Of a stretch of 64,000 nt of DNA, positions 45,161 through 53,905 are shown one piece after another. This stretch comes from Parvibaculaceae bacterium (GTDB lineage Bacteria > Pseudomonadota > Alphaproteobacteria > Parvibaculales > Parvibaculaceae): assembly GCA_965216825.1 (NCBI GenBank), contig OZ244201.1:492629-556628 (forward strand), given 5' to 3'. The position numbers and the translations under genes are program-made. The number at the start of each line of letters is the position of its first letter. Positions within the stretch are counted from its first letter, which is position 1. The notes below the pieces were generated by a model. The model did not search any database. It saw nothing but the letters and a program-made list of their open reading frames with translations, and was not told the DNA's origin.

Positions 45161-45324
45161 ACCCAATCCTCCACGTGATTTGGAACGGAGCGTTCCCGCC
45201 TCCTGGAAAACGCTCCTTATTCGCGGCAAACATGGTGGTTTTTGTAATCTGCGTCAATAGGAGTGTGAAATAATATAATGCACAATAAAATAACGTGAAA
45301 TAAGTCATATTCGGCAGAATTCAG

Positions 45325-46116
45325 CTATTTTTGCCGCGTGCGCGCGCTTTCGTGCCAGGACCTCAAGACCATGTGTTCCAGCAGGGTCAGCGCGAAGAAG
45401 ATCGCGATCCCCAGAAGCGACAGGAGGAAGAGGGCGGCGAACATGGTCGGCACCTGCAGGCGGTTGCCCGCCTCGATGATCCGCCAGGCAAGGCCGGTGC
45501 CCGAGCCCGATCCGGCAACGAACTCCGCCACCACCGCGCCGATGAGCGCGAGCCCGCCGGAGATTTTCATGCCGCCCAGAATATAAGGCAGGGCCGAGGG
45601 CAGTTGCAGGGACACGAGCCGCTGCCAGCGCGTCGCCCCGTAAAGCGTGAACAGGTCCATCAGGTTGTGGTCGACGGAGCGCAGGCCGAGCGTCGTGTTC
45701 GACAGGATCGGAAAGAAGGCGACGATCCAGGCGAGGATGAGAAGCGCCGTGTTCACATTGTCGAAGCCCACCCAGATGAGGATGAGCGGCGCGATGGCAA
45801 CGACCGGCGTCACCTGCAGGATCACCGCATAGGGAAAGAGCGCCAGCTCCACCAGCCGGTTCTGCGAAAACAGGATGGCGAGCGCCACGCCGCCGATGAC
45901 CGCGAGCGCAAAGGCCAGGAGCGTGATGCGCAGCGTCACCCAGAGGGCGGCCATCAGGCTCCCGAAATTCTCGCCGAGTGCCGCGGCAATCACGCTGGGC
46001 GCAGGCAGCACGAAGGGCGGCACGTCGCCGAGCCTGACGGCGGCTTCCCAGAGGCAGAGGGCCGCCACCCCGACAAGGGCCGGCACCGCAAAGCGCATGA
46101 TACGCGGCCCGCTCAT
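45325..46116 (-). CDS. ABC transporter permease (NitT/TauT / SsuC-like family)
   Basis: The 263-aa hydrophobic core carries the EAA-like loop LGLRSVDHNLMDLFTLYGATRWQ. Its ATG overlaps the upstream stop (ATGA). Confidence 0.85.
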   Translation of the reverse strand: MSGPRIMRFAVPALVGVAALCLWEAAVRLGDVPPFVLPAPSVIAAALGENFGSLMAALWVTLRITLLAFALAVIGGVALAILFSQNRLVELALFPYAVILQVTPVVAIAPLILIWVGFDNVNTALLILAWIVAFFPILSNTTLGLRSVDHNLMDLFTLYGATRWQRLVSLQLPSALPYILGGMKISGGLALIGAVVAEFVAGSGSGTGLAWRIIEAGNRLQVPTMFAALFLLSLLGIAIFFALTLLEHMVLRSWHESARTRQK

Positions 46117-46889
46117 GTTTCCCCGTCCCTCAGCGCCGCCGATACCGCGCGGCAATAATCGAAATAGCCCGTCGACTGCCGGAAGGCATGGCCGCGCGGA
46201 TAGGGCGCATCGATGCGGATATCGTCGTCGATCCGTCCCGGCGCGCCGGGGCCCTCGTCGCCCGTACCCATGACGAGAATGCGCTCCGACAGGTAGACGC
46301 TCTCGTAAACCGAATGGGTCACGAAGATGACCGTCCAGCCGAACTCCCGCCAGAGCGTCAGCAGGTCGTCGTCGAGCTTTTCGCGGGTGAACTCGTCGAG
46401 CGCCGCGAACGGTTCGTCCATCAGCAGGACCGGCGGTTCGGTGACAAGCGCCCGCGCGATGGAAACGCGCATGCGCATGCCGCCGGACAGCTCGCGCGGC
46501 AGCCTGTCCGGCACGGCGGCGAGCCCCACACGCTCGAGCGCCGCCTGCACCGAAGGAGCAGCGTCCTCGCGCGCGACGCCTTTCAGCTTCAGCGGCAGGT
46601 AGACATTGTCGAAGGCGCTCGCCCAGGGAAGCAGGGTCGCGTCCTGAAAGACGAAGCCGAGATCCCCCGGCCGTCCGCCATCCGGCGTGCCCCAATGGAT
46701 CGTGCCGGAAGTCGGCTCCAGCAAGCCGGCGATGAGGCGCAGAAGCGTGCTCTTGCCGCAACCGGACGGGCCGACCAGCGACACGAACGACCCCTGTTCG
46801 ATGGCCACCGAGACATCGCGCACCGCGGGTGCCTCGCCGCCATAGGCTTTCGCGACCCGGTCGAGACGGACAAGGGGCGTGTCGCTCAT
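46113..46889 (-). CDS. ABC transporter ATP-binding protein (NitT/TauT family)
   Basis: Walker A GPSGCGKST, signature LSGGMRMR and Walker B LLMDEP. Confidence 0.9.
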   Translation of the reverse strand: MSDTPLVRLDRVAKAYGGEAPAVRDVSVAIEQGSFVSLVGPSGCGKSTLLRLIAGLLEPTSGTIHWGTPDGGRPGDLGFVFQDATLLPWASAFDNVYLPLKLKGVAREDAAPSVQAALERVGLAAVPDRLPRELSGGMRMRVSIARALVTEPPVLLMDEPFAALDEFTREKLDDDLLTLWREFGWTVIFVTHSVYESVYLSERILVMGTGDEGPGAPGRIDDDIRIDAPYPRGHAFRQSTGYFDYCRAVSAALRDGET

Positions 46890-47938
46890 TCGGCGGCAAG
46901 GTCCTTCATGAAGTCGAGCCCGTAGCCCTTGTTCACGAACCGGAGCGTATAGGCGTCGCGCCAGTCGAGGCCGGGATCGTAGACGCCGTTCGCGGCCATC
47001 ACGGTGAAAAAGGTCTCCCAGCGCTCGTCCGTCATCGCCCCGATGCCGAGCGTGCCGGCAACGCCCGAGGTCGCAAGCTCGTAGGCCTTCAGCTTCGCAA
47101 TCGCCTGCTCGATCACGTCGTCGCTCATATCCGGATTGTCCGCCTGGATCAGCGCGTTGGCGGGCGACGGGTCGCCATAGAGATAGGAATACCAGCCCTT
47201 GATGGTCGCGTTGACGAAGGCCTGCACCGCCTCCGGTTCGGTGTCGATCATCTCCGTCTTGGCGAGGATGAAGGTCGCGTACCCCGGGTAGCCGTGATCG
47301 GCGAGCAGGAAGACCTGCGGCTTGATGCCGGATTCCTTTTCGATGAGATAGGGCTCGGAGGACAGATAACCCTGCTGGATCGCGTTTTCGTCCACCAGGA
47401 AGGGTGCGAGATTGAACGTGTACTTGCGGATCTGGTCGTCGGTATAGCCGAAGCGCGACCGCAGCCACACCCAGAACGCGCTGATGGTGGCGTCCGAGAC
47501 CATGATCGGCTTGCCGCGCATGTCTTCCAGTGACCGGATGTCGTCGCGCGGATGAGTGATCAGCACCTGCGGGTCTTTCTGGAACGATGCCATCACCGCC
47601 TTGGCGCCCACGCCCGCCGCGACCATGTTCAGGGGAATGAAACTGTTGGAGCCCATCCCGAAGTCGGCATTGCCGGAGACGAGCAGCTGCGGCACGTTGA
47701 TGCCCGGGCCGCCCTGGCGGATGGTCACGTCGAGACCTGCATCGGCGTAATAACCGTTGGCGAGCGCCTGGTAGAAGCCGCCATGTTCCGCCTGCGCCTT
47801 CCAGTCGGTAACGAACGTGACGGGCCGCAGACCGTCGGCCTCGCCGGACGGCCTGGGACCGGGCGCATAGAGCGAAAAGACGAGAAGCGCCAGCACAACG
47901 ACAACAACGCCGCCGCCTATCAATACATTGCGGTTCAT
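46886..47938 (-). CDS. ABC transporter periplasmic substrate-binding protein (NMT1/SsuA-like)
   Basis: TM/signal segment, then VTFVTDWKAQAEHGGFYQALANGYY typical of NMT1/THI5-like binding proteins. Confidence 0.8.
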   Translation of the reverse strand: MNRNVLIGGGVVVVVLALLVFSLYAPGPRPSGEADGLRPVTFVTDWKAQAEHGGFYQALANGYYADAGLDVTIRQGGPGINVPQLLVSGNADFGMGSNSFIPLNMVAAGVGAKAVMASFQKDPQVLITHPRDDIRSLEDMRGKPIMVSDATISAFWVWLRSRFGYTDDQIRKYTFNLAPFLVDENAIQQGYLSSEPYLIEKESGIKPQVFLLADHGYPGYATFILAKTEMIDTEPEAVQAFVNATIKGWYSYLYGDPSPANALIQADNPDMSDDVIEQAIAKLKAYELATSGVAGTLGIGAMTDERWETFFTVMAANGVYDPGLDWRDAYTLRFVNKGYGLDFMKDLAAE

Positions 47939-48030
47939 GGAAATCCCCCACACGCCTCACAGGGCCGGACAAGCTGCCCGCGAGTTTAGCAGGGGAGCAG
48001 CGCTTTCACACCCCTTGCGCGGGGGCGTCC

Positions 48031-48561
48031 TCACATTGGCGCGCAGGCCGCCTGTTTGCGGATGGCATCGAGCTCGGCGAAACGGTCTTCCGACTGGATA
48101 AGCGTGCGGAACAGCACCACGCCTCGCTCGCTCGGCGCCACGACGATGGGCGCGCCGCCCAGTTCGGTGACCTGCGATTCCGTTTTCACCAGCACGACGT
48201 CGATCGTGTCTTTCTCAAGCTGGCTGTCGTTCACCACAAAGAAATTGTCCGTATTGTCGGCGAACATGGAGAGCGAGAAATAGGTGTCCGGCGGGACCGG
48301 GGCCGACAGGCGCACCGCCCCCTGCGACACATCGAAGGCGCAGATCGTGTAGATGAGGTCGGGGCTCGGCCGCACAACAGTGCGCGCGGTCTCATCCGCG
48401 CGGGGTGCGTGAAGCGCCGCGTTGGCCCCCACCTGGTTGTCGACGCCAGAGACGAGACGGCCCATGACGAAGTTCGGCCACAAGAGGATCGCCCCGATAT
48501 GGACGATGCCGGCGAGGATCAGCGTTGCCGCGAGGAGAAAAGGCCAGGATCTCATGAGCAT
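48031..48561 (-). CDS. DUF1254 domain membrane-anchored protein
   Basis: VVRPSPDLIYTICAFDVSQGAVRLSAPVPPDTYFSLSMFADNTDNF pattern. Confidence 0.65.
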   Translation of the reverse strand: MLMRSWPFLLAATLILAGIVHIGAILLWPNFVMGRLVSGVDNQVGANAALHAPRADETARTVVRPSPDLIYTICAFDVSQGAVRLSAPVPPDTYFSLSMFADNTDNFFVVNDSQLEKDTIDVVLVKTESQVTELGGAPIVVAPSERGVVLFRTLIQSEDRFAELDAIRKQAACAPM

Positions 48562-49151
48562 GTCTCCCGCGTGATCGCAGGCAGACGGATGCCGCCAAGG
48601 TTGGTGTAGGTCTCTTCCGCCGGGTTGTAGAGCCGGAGCGTGAGCGAGAAGGACGCACCCTCGCCCTCGCCTGCGTAACCGGTCGGGATGCTGTTCTCAC
48701 CCGTGGCATCGGGGCCGACGGTCAGCGTGAAGCTGTTGTCGGCGGCGCGGCTCACCGTGTTCATCGCCTGGCTGTAATGCTTCTGCGGATTGGGAATGAG
48801 GTAATGGTCGGCGCCGTAGGCGGTGATACTCCACCAGCGCGTGGCGAGCGGTGCGCCCTCCAGCCGGTAGGTGCACTTCGTCGTCAGCGGTTCGCCCGCA
48901 TCGTCCGTGGCGGCGGTGAAATAGACCGTCTCGCTTTTGTTGAGCGCGAGCAAGCCTGCCCGCGCCACGGCGGCCCGCGTATAGGGGTTGGCCTGCGGGC
49001 TGCCAATGTCCGTATTGGTGGCCCAGGCGCCGTTCTGGAGGCCGCTGCCGAACCCGGTATTGATCATCCACCAGGCCGACCCCAGGCCGAGCCCGAGGGC
49101 GACAATCAGCACACCGGCTGTTATGCCCAGCCATTTCCAGACAAATGACAC
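48552..49151 (-). CDS. DUF1214 domain membrane-anchored protein
   Basis: YTRAAVARAGLLALNKSETVYFTAATDDAGEPL..WWSITAYG pattern. The GTG at 49151 was chosen. It overlaps the DUF1254 gene by 10 nt. Confidence 0.65.
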   Translation of the reverse strand: MSFVWKWLGITAGVLIVALGLGLGSAWWMINTGFGSGLQNGAWATNTDIGSPQANPYTRAAVARAGLLALNKSETVYFTAATDDAGEPLTTKCTYRLEGAPLATRWWSITAYGADHYLIPNPQKHYSQAMNTVSRAADNSFTLTVGPDATGENSIPTGYAGEGEGASFSLTLRLYNPAEETYTNLGGIRLPAITRETCS

Positions 49152-49263
49152 GAAAATCCCCCGATCCGCTGTGCCGCGCCCCGGAAGCGTCCCGGACCCG
49201 GCGAATGAGAGGGGGAGTTTAGGGATATCGCGCCGGGGACGCCAGTGCACCCGCCAGACGCGG

Positions 49264-51252
49264 TTAACGGGTGATCGTCTGGCCGCCGCGCCGGAAGCCC
49301 GGCCCGGGGTTCACCTGTTCGCGGTGGGTCTGGCGGAAGATTTCCGAGAGCGTCGCATAGAAATCGTGCAGCTCTTTCGAGGCGGTGACACCGGCCCGGC
49401 TGCGGGGCAGGGGCTGCACAGGGGCGGCCCGCGCGCCCGCAATCTCCGTGATCGGCCGGCCCTTGTGAACGGCGCGCATGAACTGGGCCCAGGTCTTGGC
49501 GCTGAGGCCGCCGCCGGCGGCGTGTTCCATCGGCGAGGCATCGTCATGCCCGAACCAGACGCCCGCCACCTGGTCGGCCGTGTAGCCGATAAACCAGATG
49601 TCGCGGCCCTCCTGGCTCGTGCCTGTCTTGCCCGCGGCGGGACGGCCGCCGATCGAGGCGTTGGTGCCGGTGCCGGTGAGGATCACCTGGTAGAGAAGAT
49701 AGTTCATCGAACGCGCGGCCCCCGGTGCGACGACGCGTGTCGCCAGCGACTGCTGTTCGTAGAGCACCTCGCCGTCGGGATTGAGAATGCGCGTGATGCC
49801 GAACGGTCGGGCCCGGAAGCCGCCATTGGCAAATACCGCGTAGGCCGACGTGAGGTCGAGTAGGGTGACTTCCTCGGTGCCCAGCGCAATCGAGGGATGC
49901 GAGGCGAGCGGCGAGGTGATGCCCAGCCGTTCGGCGGCCTCGATCACCCTGGCGCGGCCGACCTGCTCCGACAGGCGCACGGCCACAGTGTTGATGGAAT
50001 TTTTCATGCCATCGAGCAGGGTCACTTCCCCGCGGAAGTCGCCGCCGTTCTGGGGCGACCAGCCGTCCACATAGATGGGCCCGTCATCGACCCGGCTGTC
50101 CGGCGTGAAGCCGTTTTCCAGCGCGGCGAGATAGACGAAGGGCTTGAAGGCGGAGCCGGGCTGGCGTTCCGCCTGCACCGTGCGGTTGAACTGGCTTTCG
50201 AGATAATCCCGGCCGCCCACCATGGCGCGGACCGCGCCGTCGGGATCGATCGAGACAAGCGCGCCCTGAAGCGGTGAGTCTTCCGGGCTTTCACGCGCGG
50301 CAATGGCATCGGCAATTGCGATCTCGCCCGCCGCCTGCTGCACCGGGTCGAGGGTGGTCTCCACGATGAGCTGGCCCGTCGCCTCCGGCAGGATAAGGGC
50401 GGCTTCTTCCGCGATCCAGTCGACGAAATATTGCGCGCCTTCGCGCGGCGCGCGTTCCACGATGGTCGCCGGCGTCGCCCGCGCGGCAAACACGTCGCCC
50501 TCGCTCAGGATTTCATTGTCGACAAGGCGGCGCAGCACCAGTTCGGCGCGCGCCTGGGCCCGTTTCAGGTCGTTGGTGGGCGCAAAGCGCGACGGCGCCT
50601 TGATGAGCCCGGCGAGCAGGGCGGCTTGCGCGAGCGACACCTCGCGCACGGACCTGTCGAAATAATACTGGCTGGCCGCTTCCACCCCGTAGGCCCCGGC
50701 ACCCATATAGATGCGGTTGAGGTAAAGCGTCAGGATCTCGTCCTTGCTGTAGCGCTGTTCCAGCCAGAGCGTGATGAGCGCTTCCTGCGCCTTGCGCCAC
50801 AAGGTGCGCTCCGGCCCGAGATAAAGGTTCTTGGCGAGCTGCTGCGTGATGGTCGAGCCGCCCTGAACGACGGCGCCGGCTTTCACATTCACCCAGAGCG
50901 CGCGGCCGATGCCGTAAAGGTCGAACCCGAAATGCTCGTAGAAGCGCCGGTCCTCGGTGCTGAGAACGGCCTGAATGAGATAGTCCGGCATTTCCTCCAG
51001 CGGCACGATGGGGGCATAGCGGCCGCCGCGGCTGGCGATCTCGTCGCCCTCCCGGTCGAGCACAGTGAGCGCAAGCGAATCCGCCCCGATCGGCCCGATG
51101 AGCTGGCGTTCCAGCTTGGGCAGCGTGTCGAGCACCAGCACACCGGAAAATACGATCAGCAGGAAGGCAGCCGCACCGGCGAAACGCCAGCCCCAGCGGC
51201 GGCGTTTTGTCTCCCGATGGGGCACGTCCTGCTCGTCGTGGTCGATGGCCAC
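49264..51252 (-). CDS. class A penicillin-binding protein (glycosyltransferase plus transpeptidase)
   Basis: GT51 motifs EDRRFYEHFGFD and GGSTITQQLAKN, plus the transpeptidase SAFKP motif. The start is uncertain (GTG at 51252 after GGGAG; the track ORF starts at TTG 51339). Confidence 0.85.
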   Translation of the reverse strand: MAIDHDEQDVPHRETKRRRWGWRFAGAAAFLLIVFSGVLVLDTLPKLERQLIGPIGADSLALTVLDREGDEIASRGGRYAPIVPLEEMPDYLIQAVLSTEDRRFYEHFGFDLYGIGRALWVNVKAGAVVQGGSTITQQLAKNLYLGPERTLWRKAQEALITLWLEQRYSKDEILTLYLNRIYMGAGAYGVEAASQYYFDRSVREVSLAQAALLAGLIKAPSRFAPTNDLKRAQARAELVLRRLVDNEILSEGDVFAARATPATIVERAPREGAQYFVDWIAEEAALILPEATGQLIVETTLDPVQQAAGEIAIADAIAARESPEDSPLQGALVSIDPDGAVRAMVGGRDYLESQFNRTVQAERQPGSAFKPFVYLAALENGFTPDSRVDDGPIYVDGWSPQNGGDFRGEVTLLDGMKNSINTVAVRLSEQVGRARVIEAAERLGITSPLASHPSIALGTEEVTLLDLTSAYAVFANGGFRARPFGITRILNPDGEVLYEQQSLATRVVAPGAARSMNYLLYQVILTGTGTNASIGGRPAAGKTGTSQEGRDIWFIGYTADQVAGVWFGHDDASPMEHAAGGGLSAKTWAQFMRAVHKGRPITEIAGARAAPVQPLPRSRAGVTASKELHDFYATLSEIFRQTHREQVNPGPGFRRGGQTITR

Positions 51253-51417
51253 TGCGTACACACTCCCGAAACCGCGCTCCCTGTGCCGGATTGGTACAGA
51301 AAGCCCGAAGGTTAAACCGATTGCCAAAAGAACAGGCAAGCCTTATGCCGCGGGGGCGGAAGTCGCGTAAACTGGCGGCGGGCCCGATGAGGGGGCCGGA
51401 CGGCAAGGACAGGACAC

Positions 51418-51873
51418 ATGGACAGCGAACCCTTCTGGCGGACCAAGAGTCTGACCGAGATGACGCGGCAAGAGTGGGAATCGCTCTGCGACGGCTGCGC
51501 CAAGTGCTGCCTGGTCAAGCTGGAGGACGAGGACACGGGCGAGCTGGAATATACCGACATCGCCTGCCACCTGCTCGACGACGAAACCTGCCAGTGCGGC
51601 GATTATGCGAACCGCGCGGAGAAAGTGCCCGATTGCGTGAAACTCACACCGAAAAATGTCGGCGAGCTTTCGTGGATGCCCTCGTCCTGCGCCTACCGGC
51701 TTGTCGCCGAAGGCAAGGACCTGCCCTGGTGGCATCCGCTGGTCAGCGGCGAAGAGGAAAGCGTGCATCTCGCCGGCATCTCGGTGCGCGGCCGGGTGGT
51801 CAGCGAAAACGATGTGCCCGACGATGACCTGGAAGGCCGCATCGTCACCTGGCCCGAGGACCCGTTCGAATAA
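51418..51873 (+). CDS. YcgN-family (UPF0260) cysteine-cluster protein
   Basis: [51 protein letters not shown] motif. Confidence 0.85.
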   Translation: MDSEPFWRTKSLTEMTRQEWESLCDGCAKCCLVKLEDEDTGELEYTDIACHLLDDETCQCGDYANRAEKVPDCVKLTPKNVGELSWMPSSCAYRLVAEGKDLPWWHPLVSGEEESVHLAGISVRGRVVSENDVPDDDLEGRIVTWPEDPFE

Positions 51874-51874
51874 A

Positions 51875-51889
51875 TTGCGGAAAATGCAA
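51875..51889. promoter_or_regulatory. inverted-repeat motif TTGCG-N5-TGCAA upstream of GTA g1
   Basis: Read from the sequence. It lies in a low-GC region between ycgN and g1 and is related to the second copy at 51997. Confidence 0.35.
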
Positions 51890-51996
51890 GAGGTGCACTT
51901 GAAACAGTGCGCTCCAAACCCATTTCAAATCCATCTCCGGAATTGCATAAACATTTGAAGCGACGTGGTTTGAGAAGTCACGGTGTGTGGCAGAAT

Positions 51997-52011
51997 TTGC
52001 AAAAAATGCAA
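51997..52011. promoter_or_regulatory. inverted-repeat motif TTGCA-AAAAA-TGCAA immediately upstream of a TTGACA hexamer
   Basis: Perfect 5-bp arms. TTGACA at 52021..52026 follows, about 50 nt before the g1 ATG. Confidence 0.4.
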
Positions 52012-52074
52012 ATACTGATCTTGACATCGTAACGCCCGGTCCCATCTACTTAACCATCTCCGAAAGTATGCGCG

Positions 52075-52665
52075 ATGCAGAATGACGATCCCTCAAAGGG
52101 CCGGCCTCCTGATCGGTCTTGCGAAGACGCTTGCCTGACGCCGGAAGACTGGGACCGGATCGAACAGGCCTATCGGGGAAGCGAGCCGCTGGCGGACGTT
52201 GGCGCGCGGTACGGCATCACGATGCAGAAGATCGTGGCGCATGCCCGGCGCGAGGACTGGCCGCTCCGCGGCGCGCGGAAGACGAAAACCCTCCGCGGGG
52301 CCGGGCGTGCGCACAAGACGAAGCAGGCGAGTGCGGCCGCGCTCATGAAACGGCTCACCCGCCTTGTGGAACAACAGATCGACGACATTGAAAAACGGTT
52401 GAAGCGGAAGGCGGCATCGCAGGATCACGAACGGGATGCCCGCACACTCTCCAACCTGACCCGCACCCTCGACAAGCTGATCGAGCTGAAACGCACGGCC
52501 GACGCGGACAGGGCGGCGCGGGCCCGCGCGAAACGGGACGACAGGAAAGCCACAGGGAGCGACAGGGATGAAGACGCGCTCCGCGCCGAGCTGGCGGGCC
52601 GCCTGGCTCGCCTCGCAGCCGCCGGAAACCGTGACGGCGTTTCTGGACAGTCTGAACGAAACTGA
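52075..52665 (+). CDS. GTA g1-like protein (putative small terminase: HTH plus basic coiled coil)
   Basis: First gene of the cluster. N-terminal HTH-like LADVGARYGITMQKIVAHARREDW, then a Lys/Arg/Glu/Asp-rich helical tail. Confidence 0.6.
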   Translation: MQNDDPSKGRPPDRSCEDACLTPEDWDRIEQAYRGSEPLADVGARYGITMQKIVAHARREDWPLRGARKTKTLRGAGRAHKTKQASAAALMKRLTRLVEQQIDDIEKRLKRKAASQDHERDARTLSNLTRTLDKLIELKRTADADRAARARAKRDDRKATGSDRDEDALRAELAGRLARLAAAGNRDGVSGQSERN

Positions 52666-53872
52666 ACTTGGCTTTCTGAAGCACGACTGGCGCTTCTGGG
52701 CCCGGGCCCCGCAATGGCCGCCGGACGGCGACTGGACGACCTGGCTCATCCTGGGCGGGCGCGGCGCGGGCAAGACCCGCGCGGGCGCCGAATGGGTCCG
52801 CCGGCAGGTGCGCACGGGCAGGGCCGCGCATATCGCCCTTGTCGGCGAAGACTATGCGGATGCGCGTGAGGTCATGGTGGACGGGACGTCCGGTCTCGCC
52901 GCCCTCGGCCCGGCGGAGGAACGGCCCCGGTTCGAGCCGACGCGCCGGCGGCTCGTCTGGCCGAACGGGGCGGTTGCCACGCTCTTTTCCGCGAGCGATC
53001 CGGAAGCGCTGCGCGGTCCGCAATTCGATGCGGCCTGGTGCGACGAGGCGGGCAAGTGGCCGGACGCGGAAAGCGCCTGGGCCATGCTGCAATTCGGCCT
53101 GCGGCTGGGTGAACGGCCCCGTCAGGTGGTGACCACCACGCCGCGCGCCGTGCCCCTGGTCAGGAAACTGCTCGCGGACCGGCAGGTGAGGGTGAGCCGC
53201 ACGGCGACCTATGACAATCGCGCCAACCTGGCGGACGCGTTTTTCTCGACCGTCATCCGGACCTATGAAGGAACCCGGCTCGGGCGGCAGGAGCTGGACG
53301 GCGATCTTCTGGAAGACGATCCGGATGCGCTCTGGTCGCGCGCTATGATCGAACGCGCCCGCGTGCGGGTTGCGCCGGACTGTGTGCGTATTGTCGTCGG
53401 CGTGGACCCGCCGGCAAGTTCCGGCGGCAGCGCGGATGAATGCGGCATTGTCGCCGCGGGGGAGGGCGTTGACGGGCTCATCTATGTGCTGGCCGACCGC
53501 TCCCGCCCGCGCGCGAAACCGGCCGGCTGGGCCCGGCGCGTCGCGGCACTTTATGAACAGGTAAAGGCCGACCGTGTCGTTGCCGAGGTCAACCAGGGCG
53601 GCGAGATGGTCGCCAGCGTGCTTCACCAGGTGGCGCCTCACTTGCCGGTCCGGCAGGTGCGGGCCACGCGCTCGAAACGGGTGCGTGCCGAACCGGTCGC
53701 CGCCCTTTACGAGCAGGGCCGCGTCCGCCATGCGGGTCTGTTCGCGGAACTGGAAGACCAGATGTGCACGTTTACCGGCAAGGGCAAAAGCCCCGACCGG
53801 CTGGACGCGCTCGTCTGGGCGGTGAGCGACCTGATGCGCACCGCCGGCGACCCCGCCATCCGGCGGCTTTGA
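52568..53872 (+). CDS. GTA g2-like terminase large subunit
   Basis: WLILGGRGAGKTRAGAEWV (Walker A-like), IALVGEDYADAREVMV and a C-terminal nuclease part. Conserved residues begin close to the 52568 start, giving a 98-nt overlap with g1. Confidence 0.85.
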   Translation: MKTRSAPSWRAAWLASQPPETVTAFLDSLNETELGFLKHDWRFWARAPQWPPDGDWTTWLILGGRGAGKTRAGAEWVRRQVRTGRAAHIALVGEDYADAREVMVDGTSGLAALGPAEERPRFEPTRRRLVWPNGAVATLFSASDPEALRGPQFDAAWCDEAGKWPDAESAWAMLQFGLRLGERPRQVVTTTPRAVPLVRKLLADRQVRVSRTATYDNRANLADAFFSTVIRTYEGTRLGRQELDGDLLEDDPDALWSRAMIERARVRVAPDCVRIVVGVDPPASSGGSADECGIVAAGEGVDGLIYVLADRSRPRAKPAGWARRVAALYEQVKADRVVAEVNQGGEMVASVLHQVAPHLPVRQVRATRSKRVRAEPVAALYEQGRVRHAGLFAELEDQMCTFTGKGKSPDRLDALVWAVSDLMRTAGDPAIRRL

Positions 53873-53905
53873 CGCGGCCACGACATAACCGAAACGGGAA
53901 CCCGA

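Noticed and set aside
45325-47972. Track ORFs 45325..46899 (524 aa) and 46113..47972 (619 aa), which look like large fused proteins
   Set aside because: Only their C-terminal parts are genuine (permease and ATPase). The N-terminal extensions are off-frame read-through over the upstream genes. I split them into three 4-nt-coupled ABC genes.
51875-52011. Sigma-54 promoter interpretation of the TTGC-containing motifs
   Set aside because: The -24 GG element (TGGCAC) is absent in either orientation. Only the TTGC(A) part matches.
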